Assembly: GCA_035504395.1 (NCBI GenBank)
Contig: DATJRX010000032.1
Location: 1,510-65,509, forward strand
Direction of reading: 5' to 3'
Length of the DNA stretch: 64,000 nucleotides
Source: Thermoplasmata archaeon
Lineage (GTDB): Archaea; Thermoplasmatota; Thermoplasmata; Lutacidiplasmatales; UBA184
Shown here: positions 54,660 to 63,436 of the stretch, in pieces
How the letters are laid out: every line of letters starts with the position of its first letter
How positions within the stretch are numbered: position 1 is the first letter of the stretch
The notes under the pieces: model-generated
Told to the model about the DNA's origin: nothing
The model's input: the letters and a program-made list of their open reading frames with translations, nothing else
Databases searched by the model: none
Made by a program: the position numbers and the translations under genes

Positions 54660-55199
54660 ATGCCCCCATCGATCCGTCCCGCCGAGCTTGCCGACCTCCC
54701 GGCGATCGTCGAGCTGTACAACCACTACGTCCGGTCGACGGCCGCGACGTTCGAGATCGCGGAAGTTCGTCCCGAGGACAAGTCCGGGTGGTTCCACGAG
54801 CACGGCGCGTCCGGCCCGCATCGGATGCTGGTCGCGGTAGATGCCGCCGGCGGGGTGATCGGGTGGGCGACGACGAGCCCGTTCCGCCCGCGGGCCGCCT
54901 ATCGGACGACCGTCGAGTCGTCGATCTACCTCCACCCCGTGGCGGTGGGCCGGGGCGTGGGTTCGCAGCTCTACGGCGCGCTCTTCGACTCGATCCGGAA
55001 CGAGGACCTCGAGCGGATCGTCGCGGGGATCTCCCTTCCGAACCCGGGTTCGGTCGCGCTCCACCGCCGGTTCGGCTTCCAGCCGGTCGGGGTGTTCACG
55101 CGCGTGGGGCGGAAGTTCGATCGGTACTGGGACGTGGCGTGGTTCGAGCGACCCTTGCGCCTGCCGGCCCCGGCGCCTCCGCGGGCGCCTACGCCGTAG
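54660..55199 (+). CDS. GNAT acetyltransferase, phosphinothricin / L-amino-acid N-acetyltransferase (PAT/YncA)-like
   Basis: IRPAELADLPAIVELYNHYVRSTAATFE, VGRGVGSQLY, and FGFQPVGVFTRVGRKFDRYWDVAWFE are PAT-family hallmarks. ATG at 54660; the ORF extends to 54591. Confidence 0.8.
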   Translation: MPPSIRPAELADLPAIVELYNHYVRSTAATFEIAEVRPEDKSGWFHEHGASGPHRMLVAVDAAGGVIGWATTSPFRPRAAYRTTVESSIYLHPVAVGRGVGSQLYGALFDSIRNEDLERIVAGISLPNPGSVALHRRFGFQPVGVFTRVGRKFDRYWDVAWFERPLRLPAPAPPRAPTP

Positions 55200-56262
55200 C
55201 GCCCGTCGGGGGCGCGCCGGGGAGGACGGCCGACGTTGCGATCAGCGCGTCGGCCGGGACGTCCGCCACCTCCTCCGCCCGGTGGCAGGCGACCTGCCGG
55301 TCCGGCCGACCGGGGAGCGCGCGCAGCGCGGGCGACTCGGAGCGGCACCGGTCGACCGCGAACGGGCAACGGGGCGCGAAGCGGCACCCCGGGGGCGGGG
55401 AGAGGAGGGTCGGGATCTCGCCGGTGATGCGGTAGCGCGCCCGGCGCCGCTTCGGATCCGGCACCGGGACCGCAGCGAGGAGCGCCTTCGTGTACGGATG
55501 GACCGGATGCTCGAGGACGTCGTGGACGTCCCCGAGCTCGACCACCTCGCCGAGGTACATCACCGCCACCCGGTGCGCGGCATAGCGGACCGCGGCGACG
55601 TTGTGGGTGATGAGCAGGTAGGCGAGCCCCCGCTCGCGCTGGAGGTCGACGAGGCGGTTGAGGATCTGCGCCTGCACGGCGACGTCGAGCGCGCTCGTCG
55701 GCTCGTCCAGGATGATCAGCCTCGGGCGGACGCTCAGCGCCCGGGCCAGCGAGAGTCGCTGGCGGCCGCCGCCGGAGAACTCGTGCGGGTACTGGTCGAG
55801 GCACTCGGGCGGCAGTCCCACCGTCGGGAGGAGGTCGGCGACCCGTCGGCGCAGCTCGGCCCGCCCGACCGATTCCTGCGAGCGCATGGGTTCGCCGACG
55901 ATCTGCCAGACCCGCAGCCGGGGGTCGAGCGATCCCAGCGGGTCCTGGAAGACCATCTGGGCGTGGCGGTGCCAGAGGCGGAGCGCCCGCCCGCCGAGCC
56001 GGGTGATGTCCGCCCCCTCGAACCGGATCGCGCCCGAGGTCGGCGGGTACAGGCGCGCGGCGAGCCAGCCGAGCGTCGTCTTGCCGGACCCGGATTCGCC
56101 GATGAGGCCGAGCGTCTCGCCCGCGCGGAGGGAGATCGAGACCCCGTCCACTGCGTGGATCGCCTTCGGCGCGCTCCCGTGGACGAACTCCTGGAACGAC
56201 CGGTTGATCGGGAAGTGCTTCACGAGGTTGACGGTCTCCAGGAGCGGCGGTGCGTCGGTCAC
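55189..56262 (-). CDS. ABC transporter ATP-binding protein, DppF/OppF-like (paralog of 37390-38475)
   Basis: GTG start overlaps the upstream stop (GTGA). GESGSGKTTLGW, FSGGGRQRLSLARAL, LIILDEPTSALD, GCRFAPRCPF. Confidence 0.9.
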   Translation of the reverse strand: MTDAPPLLETVNLVKHFPINRSFQEFVHGSAPKAIHAVDGVSISLRAGETLGLIGESGSGKTTLGWLAARLYPPTSGAIRFEGADITRLGGRALRLWHRHAQMVFQDPLGSLDPRLRVWQIVGEPMRSQESVGRAELRRRVADLLPTVGLPPECLDQYPHEFSGGGRQRLSLARALSVRPRLIILDEPTSALDVAVQAQILNRLVDLQRERGLAYLLITHNVAAVRYAAHRVAVMYLGEVVELGDVHDVLEHPVHPYTKALLAAVPVPDPKRRRARYRITGEIPTLLSPPPGCRFAPRCPFAVDRCRSESPALRALPGRPDRQVACHRAEEVADVPADALIATSAVLPGAPPTGATA

Positions 56263-57425
56263 GGCAGCGCCTCGACCTCGCTCGCGAAGTGGCACGCGGA
56301 CGCGTTGGAGTGGAGGCGAGGGGATCCCACGGGGGCCGCGAGCGCCGGCCCGGGCTCGGCGGAGCACTCCGGCCGCGCGATCGGGCAGCGGGGGGCGAAC
56401 GCACAGCCGTCGGGGAGGCGCGAGAGGTTCGGGACGGATCCGGGGAGCGTGGGGAGGGCGCCGTCGCGCTGGTAGGTCCGCGGGATCGAGCGGAGCAGCG
56501 CCTTCGTGTACGGATGGCGCGGGGATTCGAAGACGTCCGCCACCGGGCCGAACTCGACGAGCGCCCCCGCGTACATCACGCCGACCTGGTCGGCGATCTC
56601 GGCGATGACCCCGAGATCGTGGCTGATGAACAGGATCGAGGTGTGGATCTCGTCCATCAGCTCCTTCATCAGGGTGAGGACCTGCGCCTGGATCGTCACG
56701 TCGAGCGCGCTCGTCGGCTCGTCCGCGATCAAGAGCGACGGCCGCGCGGAGAGCGCGGTCGCGATCATGATGCGCTGGCGCATCCCACCGGACAGCTCGT
56801 GCGGGTAGAGGTTGAGGATCGTCTCGGGATCGTTGATGCGGACGAGCCGAAGATACTCGAGCACCTCCCGCTTGAGCGCCGCGCCCGAGACGTCGCCGTC
56901 GGGCGGGGCCTTCCCCTCGAGGGAGTCGGGGACCCGCGGGAGGAACGCATGCGAGAGCGCCTCGGCGGTCGGGACGGGGTCGCCCTTCGAGTAGTCGTGC
57001 GGGACCAGATCCGGGTGGAACATCGGCGCCCGGCCCGACTCGCGCAGGCGCCGGATCCGGACGGCCTCCGCGACCTGCTTGTAGATGCGGAAGGCCGGGT
57101 CGAGCGAGTTGATCGGCTCCTGGAAGATCATCCCGATGCCGGTCCCGCGGACGTACGGCATCCGCCACTTCGGGACCTGGAGGAGATCGACGCCCTGGAA
57201 CCGGATCCGCCCCGATCGCGTCCGGGCCGGGGGCTCCGGCAGGAGGCGGGGGATCGAGTGCGCGAGCGTGCTCTTGCCGCAGCCGGTCTCGCCGACGATC
57301 CCGACCACCTCGCCGGGCGCCATCTCGAACGTGACGTTCCGCAGGGCATGGAACGTCCCGGCCCCGACGACGTAATCGACGCTCAGCCCCTCGACCTCGA
57401 GGATCGGCTCCGCCGTTCTCGTCAC
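56259..57425 (-). CDS. ABC transporter ATP-binding protein, DppD/OppD-like (paralog of 36227-37393)
   Basis: GETGCGKSTLAHSI, LSGGMRQRIMIATAL, LLIADEPTSALD. The GTG at 57425 gives VTRTAEPILEVEGL, parallel to the paralog N-terminus. The ORF extends to an ATG at 57500, which overlaps the cupin gene. Confidence 0.85.
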   Translation of the reverse strand: MTRTAEPILEVEGLSVDYVVGAGTFHALRNVTFEMAPGEVVGIVGETGCGKSTLAHSIPRLLPEPPARTRSGRIRFQGVDLLQVPKWRMPYVRGTGIGMIFQEPINSLDPAFRIYKQVAEAVRIRRLRESGRAPMFHPDLVPHDYSKGDPVPTAEALSHAFLPRVPDSLEGKAPPDGDVSGAALKREVLEYLRLVRINDPETILNLYPHELSGGMRQRIMIATALSARPSLLIADEPTSALDVTIQAQVLTLMKELMDEIHTSILFISHDLGVIAEIADQVGVMYAGALVEFGPVADVFESPRHPYTKALLRSIPRTYQRDGALPTLPGSVPNLSRLPDGCAFAPRCPIARPECSAEPGPALAAPVGSPRLHSNASACHFASEVEALP

Positions 57426-57453
57426 CTCCCTCGGAGGGGCCGGGTTCGCTCCC

Positions 57454-57786
57454 TCATCCCGTGACCCGCTCGGGCGGTGCGAAGACGACGAGCAGCACAA
57501 GCTCCTCGGTGATCGAGTGGAACCGGTGCGGGACGTGGGCGGGAACGAACAGCACCTCCCCGGGCTTGGCCTCGGAGTCGACGCTGCCGTGCGTGAGCCG
57601 TCCGCGGCCCCGGACGACGTAGTAGATCTCGTCCTCGGAGTGGGGGGACTGGCGGTCGATCGCGCCCGGGGCGAGGACGTACACCCCGACGCTCATCGTC
57701 GGAACGCGCAGGAACTCCCGCCAGTCGCCCGGGTTCTGCTTGGCCCGCTCGGCCTCCTCCTCGATCGCCGTCATCGCCGTCCGCAC
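57454..57786 (-). CDS. cupin-domain protein (cupin_2-like), ~110 aa
   Basis: PHSEDEIYYVVRGRG...GEVLFVPAHVPHRF matches the two-motif cupin core G(X)5HxH...G(X)5PxG(X)2H in divergent form. The start is GTG 57786 or ATG 57774. Confidence 0.75.
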   Translation of the reverse strand: MRTAMTAIEEEAERAKQNPGDWREFLRVPTMSVGVYVLAPGAIDRQSPHSEDEIYYVVRGRGRLTHGSVDSEAKPGEVLFVPAHVPHRFHSITEELVLLVVFAPPERVTG

Positions 57787-57799
57787 GCGCCGCTTCGGA

Positions 57800-59152
57800 T
57801 TAACCGCCCGGGGCCCCGGCGTCGAGCGCGAGCACCTCCTCGGCCGCGCGGACCCCGGTCTCGATCGCGCCGGCGACGGTCGCCGAGAGCCCCCGCGTCT
57901 CGGTCGCCTCGCCCGCGAAGAAGAGGCGGTCCCCGACCGGGGCCGCGAGCGCGGCGCGGTCGGAGAGGCGCGCCCCGACCGGGAGGAACGAGTAGGCGCC
58001 CCGCGCGAAGGGATCGTTCGACCACCGGTGGACGCGGGCCCCCTCCACCGTCCCGAGGGAGATGCCGGGCGGGAGCAGGGAGTCCCACTCCTGGACGGTC
58101 GCCGCGACGAGATCGGCGTCGCTCAGGTCGGCCCGGCGCCGCGCCTCTCGCCCCACCGTGAAGGCCGTCACGATCTCGATCGGCTCGCCGAGGCCGACGC
58201 GCGGGCGGAGGAAGGTCGAGGCGGTCCCTCCCCAGACGAGGGCGAACTCGCCGAGGCGCGCGCGGGCGGTCCCGCCGCGCAGCCGCAGCGAGACCGCGTA
58301 GCCGTCGGCGAAGGCGATGCGGGCGATCGCCGCCCGCTTCGCCTCGGGAAGGGGAGGATCGAAGACGATCGCCCCGGAGCGCAGCACGCCGAGCGGCACG
58401 GTGACGATCGCGCGCGGCGCCCGGTAGATGCGGTCGGGCCCATCGACGGGGTGGACCGTGACCGCGACGCCCGCGGCGGTCCCGCGGACCTCGGTCACGG
58501 GGGTCCCGAGCCGCACGCGGTCCCCGAGCGCCGCCGCCTCCCGCTCCGCGAGGGTCGAGTACCCCTCCACGACCCGGAAGTTCCGGAAGCCGAAGGGCTC
58601 CGGCGCCCGGCGGTCCTCCTCCCCGGGGCCGAGGATCCCGATCGCATCCGCGTCGGCCGCGTAGGTGTGGGCGTGCAGGAGCTCGACGAGCAGGCGGGCC
58701 GCCGGAGCGGGTCGCGCCTCGTCGAGGAAGTCGGCGATCGACCGGTCCGGCGGCCCGAGCGCCTGCAACCGGCCCGGGATCCCGCGGAGCCCCGCGTACG
58801 TCGCCCGGGTCCCCGCGGCGGGGTGGAACGGCAGCGCGAACCACGGATAGCGCGCGATCCGGCCCCGGACCACGAGCCGGCTCCGCTGGGTGAGCGGGAG
58901 CGGCGCGGCCGTGAGCCCCCGGCGCGCGAGCCACGCGTGCGTGACGACGTGCCGGCCGTGCACCATCTGGGCGCCGAGCTCGAGCGGGACGCCGGCGAGC
59001 GTGCGGTCCGTCAGGACCCGGCCCCCCACCCGGTTCCGGGCCTCCAGGACGAGCACACGGCGCCCGGCCTCGGTCAGGCGGTGGGCTGCGGCGAGACCGG
59101 CGAACCCGGCCCCGACGACGAGAACGTCGACCTCGGAGTCTCCGCTCGCCAT
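57800..59152 (-). CDS. flavin-containing amine oxidase (polyamine / monoamine oxidase-like)
   Basis: DVLVVGAGFAGLAAAHRLTEAGRRVLVLEARNRVGGRV N-terminal FAD fold and C-terminal LFFAGEATE motif. Confidence 0.85.
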   Translation of the reverse strand: MASGDSEVDVLVVGAGFAGLAAAHRLTEAGRRVLVLEARNRVGGRVLTDRTLAGVPLELGAQMVHGRHVVTHAWLARRGLTAAPLPLTQRSRLVVRGRIARYPWFALPFHPAAGTRATYAGLRGIPGRLQALGPPDRSIADFLDEARPAPAARLLVELLHAHTYAADADAIGILGPGEEDRRAPEPFGFRNFRVVEGYSTLAEREAAALGDRVRLGTPVTEVRGTAAGVAVTVHPVDGPDRIYRAPRAIVTVPLGVLRSGAIVFDPPLPEAKRAAIARIAFADGYAVSLRLRGGTARARLGEFALVWGGTASTFLRPRVGLGEPIEIVTAFTVGREARRRADLSDADLVAATVQEWDSLLPPGISLGTVEGARVHRWSNDPFARGAYSFLPVGARLSDRAALAAPVGDRLFFAGEATETRGLSATVAGAIETGVRAAEEVLALDAGAPGG

Positions 59153-59161
59153 GGTCCCGCG

Positions 59162-60178
59162 TCACGTCCCGGGCTCGTCCGAGCGCTCGACGGGGATCGG
59201 GGCCGGGACCGCCACCCGCTCGCGGGCGAAGGCACGGCGGGTCCGGGGATCGAGCACGTCCCGCAGCCCGTCGCCCAGCAGGGAGAATCCGAGCACCGTG
59301 ACGAAGATCGCGAGCCCGGGCGCGAGCACGAGGTACAGGTACTGCGGCAGGTACCCCTGGTACTCGAAGACCATGCTGCCCCACTCGGGCGTCGTCGCCG
59401 GCAGGGAGATCCCGAAGTACGAGATCGTGGAGAACGTCACGAGGACGGTCCCGACGTCCAGGGTCGCGTACACGGTCAGCGGTTCGAGCAGGTTGCGGAC
59501 CACGTGCCGCAGCAGGATCCGCGACTCCGACGCCCCCGCGATGCGGGCCGCCGGGATGTAGCCCTGGTGCTTGATCGTGAGCACCTCGCCGCGGACGAGC
59601 CGGACGTAGTACGGCCACCAGGTGATGATCAGGGCCGCGAGCGTGGCGGTGAGATTGCGTCCGAGGATCGCCGCGAGCGCGAACGCGAGCACGAGGGTCG
59701 GGAAGGCGAGGAAGACGTCGGTGACCCGGAGGATGAAGCCGGCGAGCGGCCGGCTGAAGCGGCCCGAGTCCCAGAAGCCGGAGACGAGGCCGAGCCCGCC
59801 GCCGATGATCAGCGCCGCTCCGACGATCGCGAAGCCGATGAAGAGGTCGAGCGGGAGCGCGGCGAGCACCCGGGAGAAGACGTCACGGCCGAGGTTGTCG
59901 GTGCCGAACCAGTGCTGCCAGCTCGGGCCCTGGAGCAGGGTGGGCGAGAGCGCGTTCGGGTCGTAGGGCAGCAGCGAGACCGCGCGCCCGATGAGCGCCT
60001 TCGAGACGAGCGGCACGAGCTCGACGGCCGCCGCCAGGACCACGGTGACGAGGACCAGGAAGAAGCCCGCCGCGGTAAGCCGGTTCGCCCGGAGCGTCCG
60101 GACCGCCTCCCCGAGCGTGTCCCGCCGTCGGATCGTGCCGGCCATCGGCGCCGGAGGGGAGGGACGCGACGCGGCCAT
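59162..60178 (-). CDS. ABC transporter permease, DppC/OppC-like (paralog of 35175-36230)
   Basis: GTDNLGRDVFSRV, IPAARIAGASESRILLRHVVRN. The start is immediately adjacent to the upstream stop. Confidence 0.85.
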   Translation of the reverse strand: MAASRPSPPAPMAGTIRRRDTLGEAVRTLRANRLTAAGFFLVLVTVVLAAAVELVPLVSKALIGRAVSLLPYDPNALSPTLLQGPSWQHWFGTDNLGRDVFSRVLAALPLDLFIGFAIVGAALIIGGGLGLVSGFWDSGRFSRPLAGFILRVTDVFLAFPTLVLAFALAAILGRNLTATLAALIITWWPYYVRLVRGEVLTIKHQGYIPAARIAGASESRILLRHVVRNLLEPLTVYATLDVGTVLVTFSTISYFGISLPATTPEWGSMVFEYQGYLPQYLYLVLAPGLAIFVTVLGFSLLGDGLRDVLDPRTRRAFARERVAVPAPIPVERSDEPGT

Positions 60179-61198
60179 CTAGCGCCAGTCCACCCGCGGG
60201 TCGATGAGGCCGTACAGGATGTCCGCGATCAGGTTCGCGATCACGACGGCGATCGCGAACACGATCACGATCGCGATGGTGCCCGCGAAGTTGTAGCCGA
60301 CGACCGCGTCGTACGAGTACTCCCCGATGCCGGGCCAGCGGAACACCTCCTCGATGACGATCGTGCCCGACAGCAGCCCGCTCGCCGTGAAGCCGAGCAC
60401 GGTGGTCGTCGTGATCAGGGAATTGCGGAGCACGTGGCGGAGGACCACGGTGCCCTCGTTGAGGCCCTTCATCCGGGCGCTCTTCACGAAGTCCATCGGG
60501 AGGACCTCGAGCATCGAGCTGCGCGTCATCCGGGTGATGATGCCGAGGTTGAGGAACGCGAGGGCCGTCGCCGGGAGGATGAGGTGCTCGATCGCGTTGA
60601 CGGTGTACGGTAGATTGCCGGCTAACAGGGCGTCGAGGACCGACATGTGGGTCGGTTGCGGGAACGGCGGTGGATTCACGGAGAAGTCGCCCCCCGTGGG
60701 GAGCCCGACCACGGGACCGATCACGAACGCGAGGAGGACGGCGGCCAGGTACGTCGGCGCCGCCCAACCGCTCAGGTAGAACAACCGGACGAGGTGGTCC
60801 GGCCACCGGCCAGCCCACCGGGCCGCCACGACCCCCAGGAGGATGCCGAACACGATCATGATGAGGAGCGCCGCGAGCACGAGCTCGACGGTCTCGGGGA
60901 GGGCCGCCGCGATCACCGGGTAGACCGGCACCCCGTTCTGGTCGGTCCCCCAGTTGCCCTGCGCGAGCTGGACGACGTACTTCTCGAACTGGATCCAGAT
61001 CGGTTGATTGAATCCGAAGAACTGGCGGCACGCGGCGATGACGTCCGGCTTCGCGTGGGGGTACCACGCGGGACACGGGTCCGAGATGATGACGTGCGTC
61101 AGGAGGAACGTGAGGAGGATGACGCCCAGGAGGACCGGGACGAGCTCGGCGAGGCGGACCCCGATGAAGTAGGCCAGGTCGGAGAGGCTCCGCCCCAT
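60179..61198 (-). CDS. ABC transporter permease, DppB/OppB-like (paralog of 34139-35170)
   Basis: MGRSLSDLAYFIGVRLAELVPVLLGVILLTFLL and FVKSARMKGLNEGTVVLRHVLRNS. Confidence 0.9.
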   Translation of the reverse strand: MGRSLSDLAYFIGVRLAELVPVLLGVILLTFLLTHVIISDPCPAWYPHAKPDVIAACRQFFGFNQPIWIQFEKYVVQLAQGNWGTDQNGVPVYPVIAAALPETVELVLAALLIMIVFGILLGVVAARWAGRWPDHLVRLFYLSGWAAPTYLAAVLLAFVIGPVVGLPTGGDFSVNPPPFPQPTHMSVLDALLAGNLPYTVNAIEHLILPATALAFLNLGIITRMTRSSMLEVLPMDFVKSARMKGLNEGTVVLRHVLRNSLITTTTVLGFTASGLLSGTIVIEEVFRWPGIGEYSYDAVVGYNFAGTIAIVIVFAIAVVIANLIADILYGLIDPRVDWR

Positions 61199-61305
61199 GC
61201 TCCTTCAGGCCCCCGGGTCGGGGACGTCCGGCGCCGGCAGCGCGTCGGCCGCGGTCACTCGGACCGCGTAACGGAAGGCCCCCGATAAACGCGCCGGCGG
61301 TTCTC

Positions 61306-61746
61306 TTACGCCGGGGGCGTCGCGTCGAGCTTTGCGGCGAGGTTCCTCGCGAACTCCTCCGCGTCGGGCCCGACGCGCTTCGCGAGATACGAGTCGATCA
61401 CGGCGCGCAGGGCCCCCGTGCCGGTCATGGTGAGGGTCAGGGTCACGTCGGTCGCGTCCGGCGGCGCCGCGACGAACGCGAGCCGGCCCTCGATCGTCGC
61501 CTCGGGTCCGCGGGCGCGGAACCGGACGCCCGCCTCGCTCCCCTCGAGGAGTTCGCCCTGGTAGAGGCTCTTCCTCGAGATCGGTCCCAGCTTGATCGCC
61601 ACGGTCCAGATGGCGGTCCGCTCGCCGGTCCGCTCGACCCCGACGACCTGGGGGATCAGCGCGGCGACGAACGTCGGGTCCGAGAGGGACCGGTGCAGGG
61701 CCTCCGGAGCCGCCGGCGCCCGGAAGCGGACCGTGGACTCGGGCAC
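61306..61746 (-). CDS. SRPBCC-superfamily protein (CoxG / carbon monoxide dehydrogenase subunit G-like)
   Basis: Size (146 aa) and pattern (..FVAALIPQVVGVE...WTVAIKLGPISRK...) fit CoxG-type SRPBCC. It starts 4 nt after the stop of the upstream oxidoreductase. Confidence 0.6.
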   Translation of the reverse strand: MPESTVRFRAPAAPEALHRSLSDPTFVAALIPQVVGVERTGERTAIWTVAIKLGPISRKSLYQGELLEGSEAGVRFRARGPEATIEGRLAFVAAPPDATDVTLTLTMTGTGALRAVIDSYLAKRVGPDAEEFARNLAAKLDATPPA

Positions 61747-61750
61747 GGAA

Positions 61751-63307
61751 CTACGTCCCCGCGTTGGCCGCGTGAAGGTCGGCGAGGACGACGCCGGCGG
61801 CGTTGTGGCCGGGGGCGCCGATCACGCCGCCGCCCGGATGGGTCGCGCAGCCGCAGAGGTAGAGGCCCGGGACCGGGGTCCGGTAGTTCGACCAGCCCGG
61901 CATCGGCCGCAGGCTGAAGATCTGGTCGGGCGTGATGTCGCCCTGGTCGATGTTCCCGCCGGTCATCCCCAGCGTGCGCTCGATGTCGAGCGGCGTCACG
62001 ACCTGCCAGTGGCGCACGAGCGCCCGGATCCCGGGCGCGTACTCCTCGATCGTCGAGAGGACGGTCTCCGCGACCGCCTCGCGCGCGTCGTCCCAGGCGC
62101 CGCCGCGCAGCTCGGTCGGCGCGTACTGGACGAAGCAGGTCATCGTGTGCTTCCCGGCGGGGGCGACGCTGGGGTCGACGAGGCTCTGGAAGTAGATGTC
62201 GATCGAGGGCGCCCGGGAGAACTGACCGAACTTCGCGTCGTCGAACGCCCGCTCGATGTACTCCATGCTGGGGCAGATGTCGACCGCCCCGACCAGGTGC
62301 CTCGGGTCCGGATCCGCCGTGAACGTCGGCACGCCGTCGAGCGCGGCGTTGAACTTGAGGCAGGCTCCGCGCGATCGGATGCGATGGACCCGGGACTCGA
62401 TCGCCCCGTCGAGCGTACCCCGCGGGAGCAGCTTCAGCAGGGTGTTCGGCGCGTCGGCGTTCGAGACCACGGCCCGCGCCCGGATCGTCTCGCCCGCGTC
62501 AGTGACGATCCCGACCGCGCGGCCGTGCTCGACGACGACCTCCCGCACCCCGACCCCAGTCCGGATCGTCGCCCCGGCGTCGGTCGCCGAACGCGCCATC
62601 GACTCGGTGATCCGTCCCATGCCGCCGCGCGAGTGGCCCCAGACGCGGCGGTGCTCCCCGATCCGCCCGATGTTGTGGTGACCCAGGATGTACGCCGTGC
62701 CGGGAGTGTACGGTCCGGCGAACGTGCCGATCGTCGCTCCCGCCGCGAGCGCGCCCTTGAGCTCGGGGCTCTCGAACCAGTCGTCGAGGAAGTCCCGGGC
62801 GCTGCGGAGGAAGAGGTCGCGCAGCATCGGCTCCGCCTCCCCGGCGGGCAGGGAGCCGATGAACCGGTCGAGCGGCATCGGCGGCGCCATCATCGCCGGT
62901 TCGATCACGTCGAGCGCGTGGTCCCAGAACCGCAGGTACTCGGGGTAGGCGCGGGCGTCGGCGGCCGAGAACTTCGCGATCTCGCGCTGGTCGTGCCGCT
63001 CGTCCAGCCAGAACCTGAGCGATCGACCGTCGGGCTGCGGGAGGAACGCCTGCGGGTCCGGGAGGATCGGATCGTAGCCGTACCGGACCAGGTCGAGCTC
63101 CTCCACGATCTGGGGCCGGAGGAGCCCGCTCGCGTACGCGAACGTGTTGATGCGGAACCCCGGCCACGGCTCCTCGGTGATGCACGCGCCCCCGACCTGG
63201 GGACGTCGCTCGAGAACGCAGACCCGCGCGCCCGCGCGGGCGAGATAGGCGGCGGCGATGAGGCCGTTGTGCCCGGCCCCGATGACGACGGCGTCGAACT
63301 CCGCCAT
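61751..63307 (-). CDS. NAD(P)/FAD-dependent oxidoreductase of the phytoene desaturase (CrtI)-like family
   Basis: FDAVVIGAGHNGLIAAAYLARAGARVCVLERRPQVGGA and C-terminal GLYLCGCATHPGGGVIGAPG. Confidence 0.85.
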   Translation of the reverse strand: MAEFDAVVIGAGHNGLIAAAYLARAGARVCVLERRPQVGGACITEEPWPGFRINTFAYASGLLRPQIVEELDLVRYGYDPILPDPQAFLPQPDGRSLRFWLDERHDQREIAKFSAADARAYPEYLRFWDHALDVIEPAMMAPPMPLDRFIGSLPAGEAEPMLRDLFLRSARDFLDDWFESPELKGALAAGATIGTFAGPYTPGTAYILGHHNIGRIGEHRRVWGHSRGGMGRITESMARSATDAGATIRTGVGVREVVVEHGRAVGIVTDAGETIRARAVVSNADAPNTLLKLLPRGTLDGAIESRVHRIRSRGACLKFNAALDGVPTFTADPDPRHLVGAVDICPSMEYIERAFDDAKFGQFSRAPSIDIYFQSLVDPSVAPAGKHTMTCFVQYAPTELRGGAWDDAREAVAETVLSTIEEYAPGIRALVRHWQVVTPLDIERTLGMTGGNIDQGDITPDQIFSLRPMPGWSNYRTPVPGLYLCGCATHPGGGVIGAPGHNAAGVVLADLHAANAGT

Positions 63308-63330
63308 CGGGGGCGGCAGGCGGCGCGGGG

Positions 63331-63338
63331 GATAAACT
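63331..63338 (-). promoter_or_regulatory. TATA-box-like element for the CrtI-like gene
   Basis: The minus strand reads AGTTTATC. TTTATC ends 23 nt upstream of the ATG at 63307. Confidence 0.4.
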
Positions 63339-63357
63339 CCTCGACGCGCACGATCTC

Positions 63358-63420
63358 CCTCGAGGAGAATCGAAGCCGGGGGTCGTCCAAAGGGTTAAGG
63401 AAGCGACCCCCTCCTCGAGG
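63358..63420. repeat. nested inverted repeat in the divergent promoter region between the CrtI-like and Rieske genes
   Basis: CCTCGAGGAG (63358-63367) pairs with CTCCTCGAGG (63411-63420), and GGGGGTCG (63378-63385) pairs with CGACCCCC (63404-63411). The repeat encloses the AT-rich GGGTTAAGGAAG. Confidence 0.5.
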
Positions 63421-63436
63421 TCAATCGAGGTGGGAC

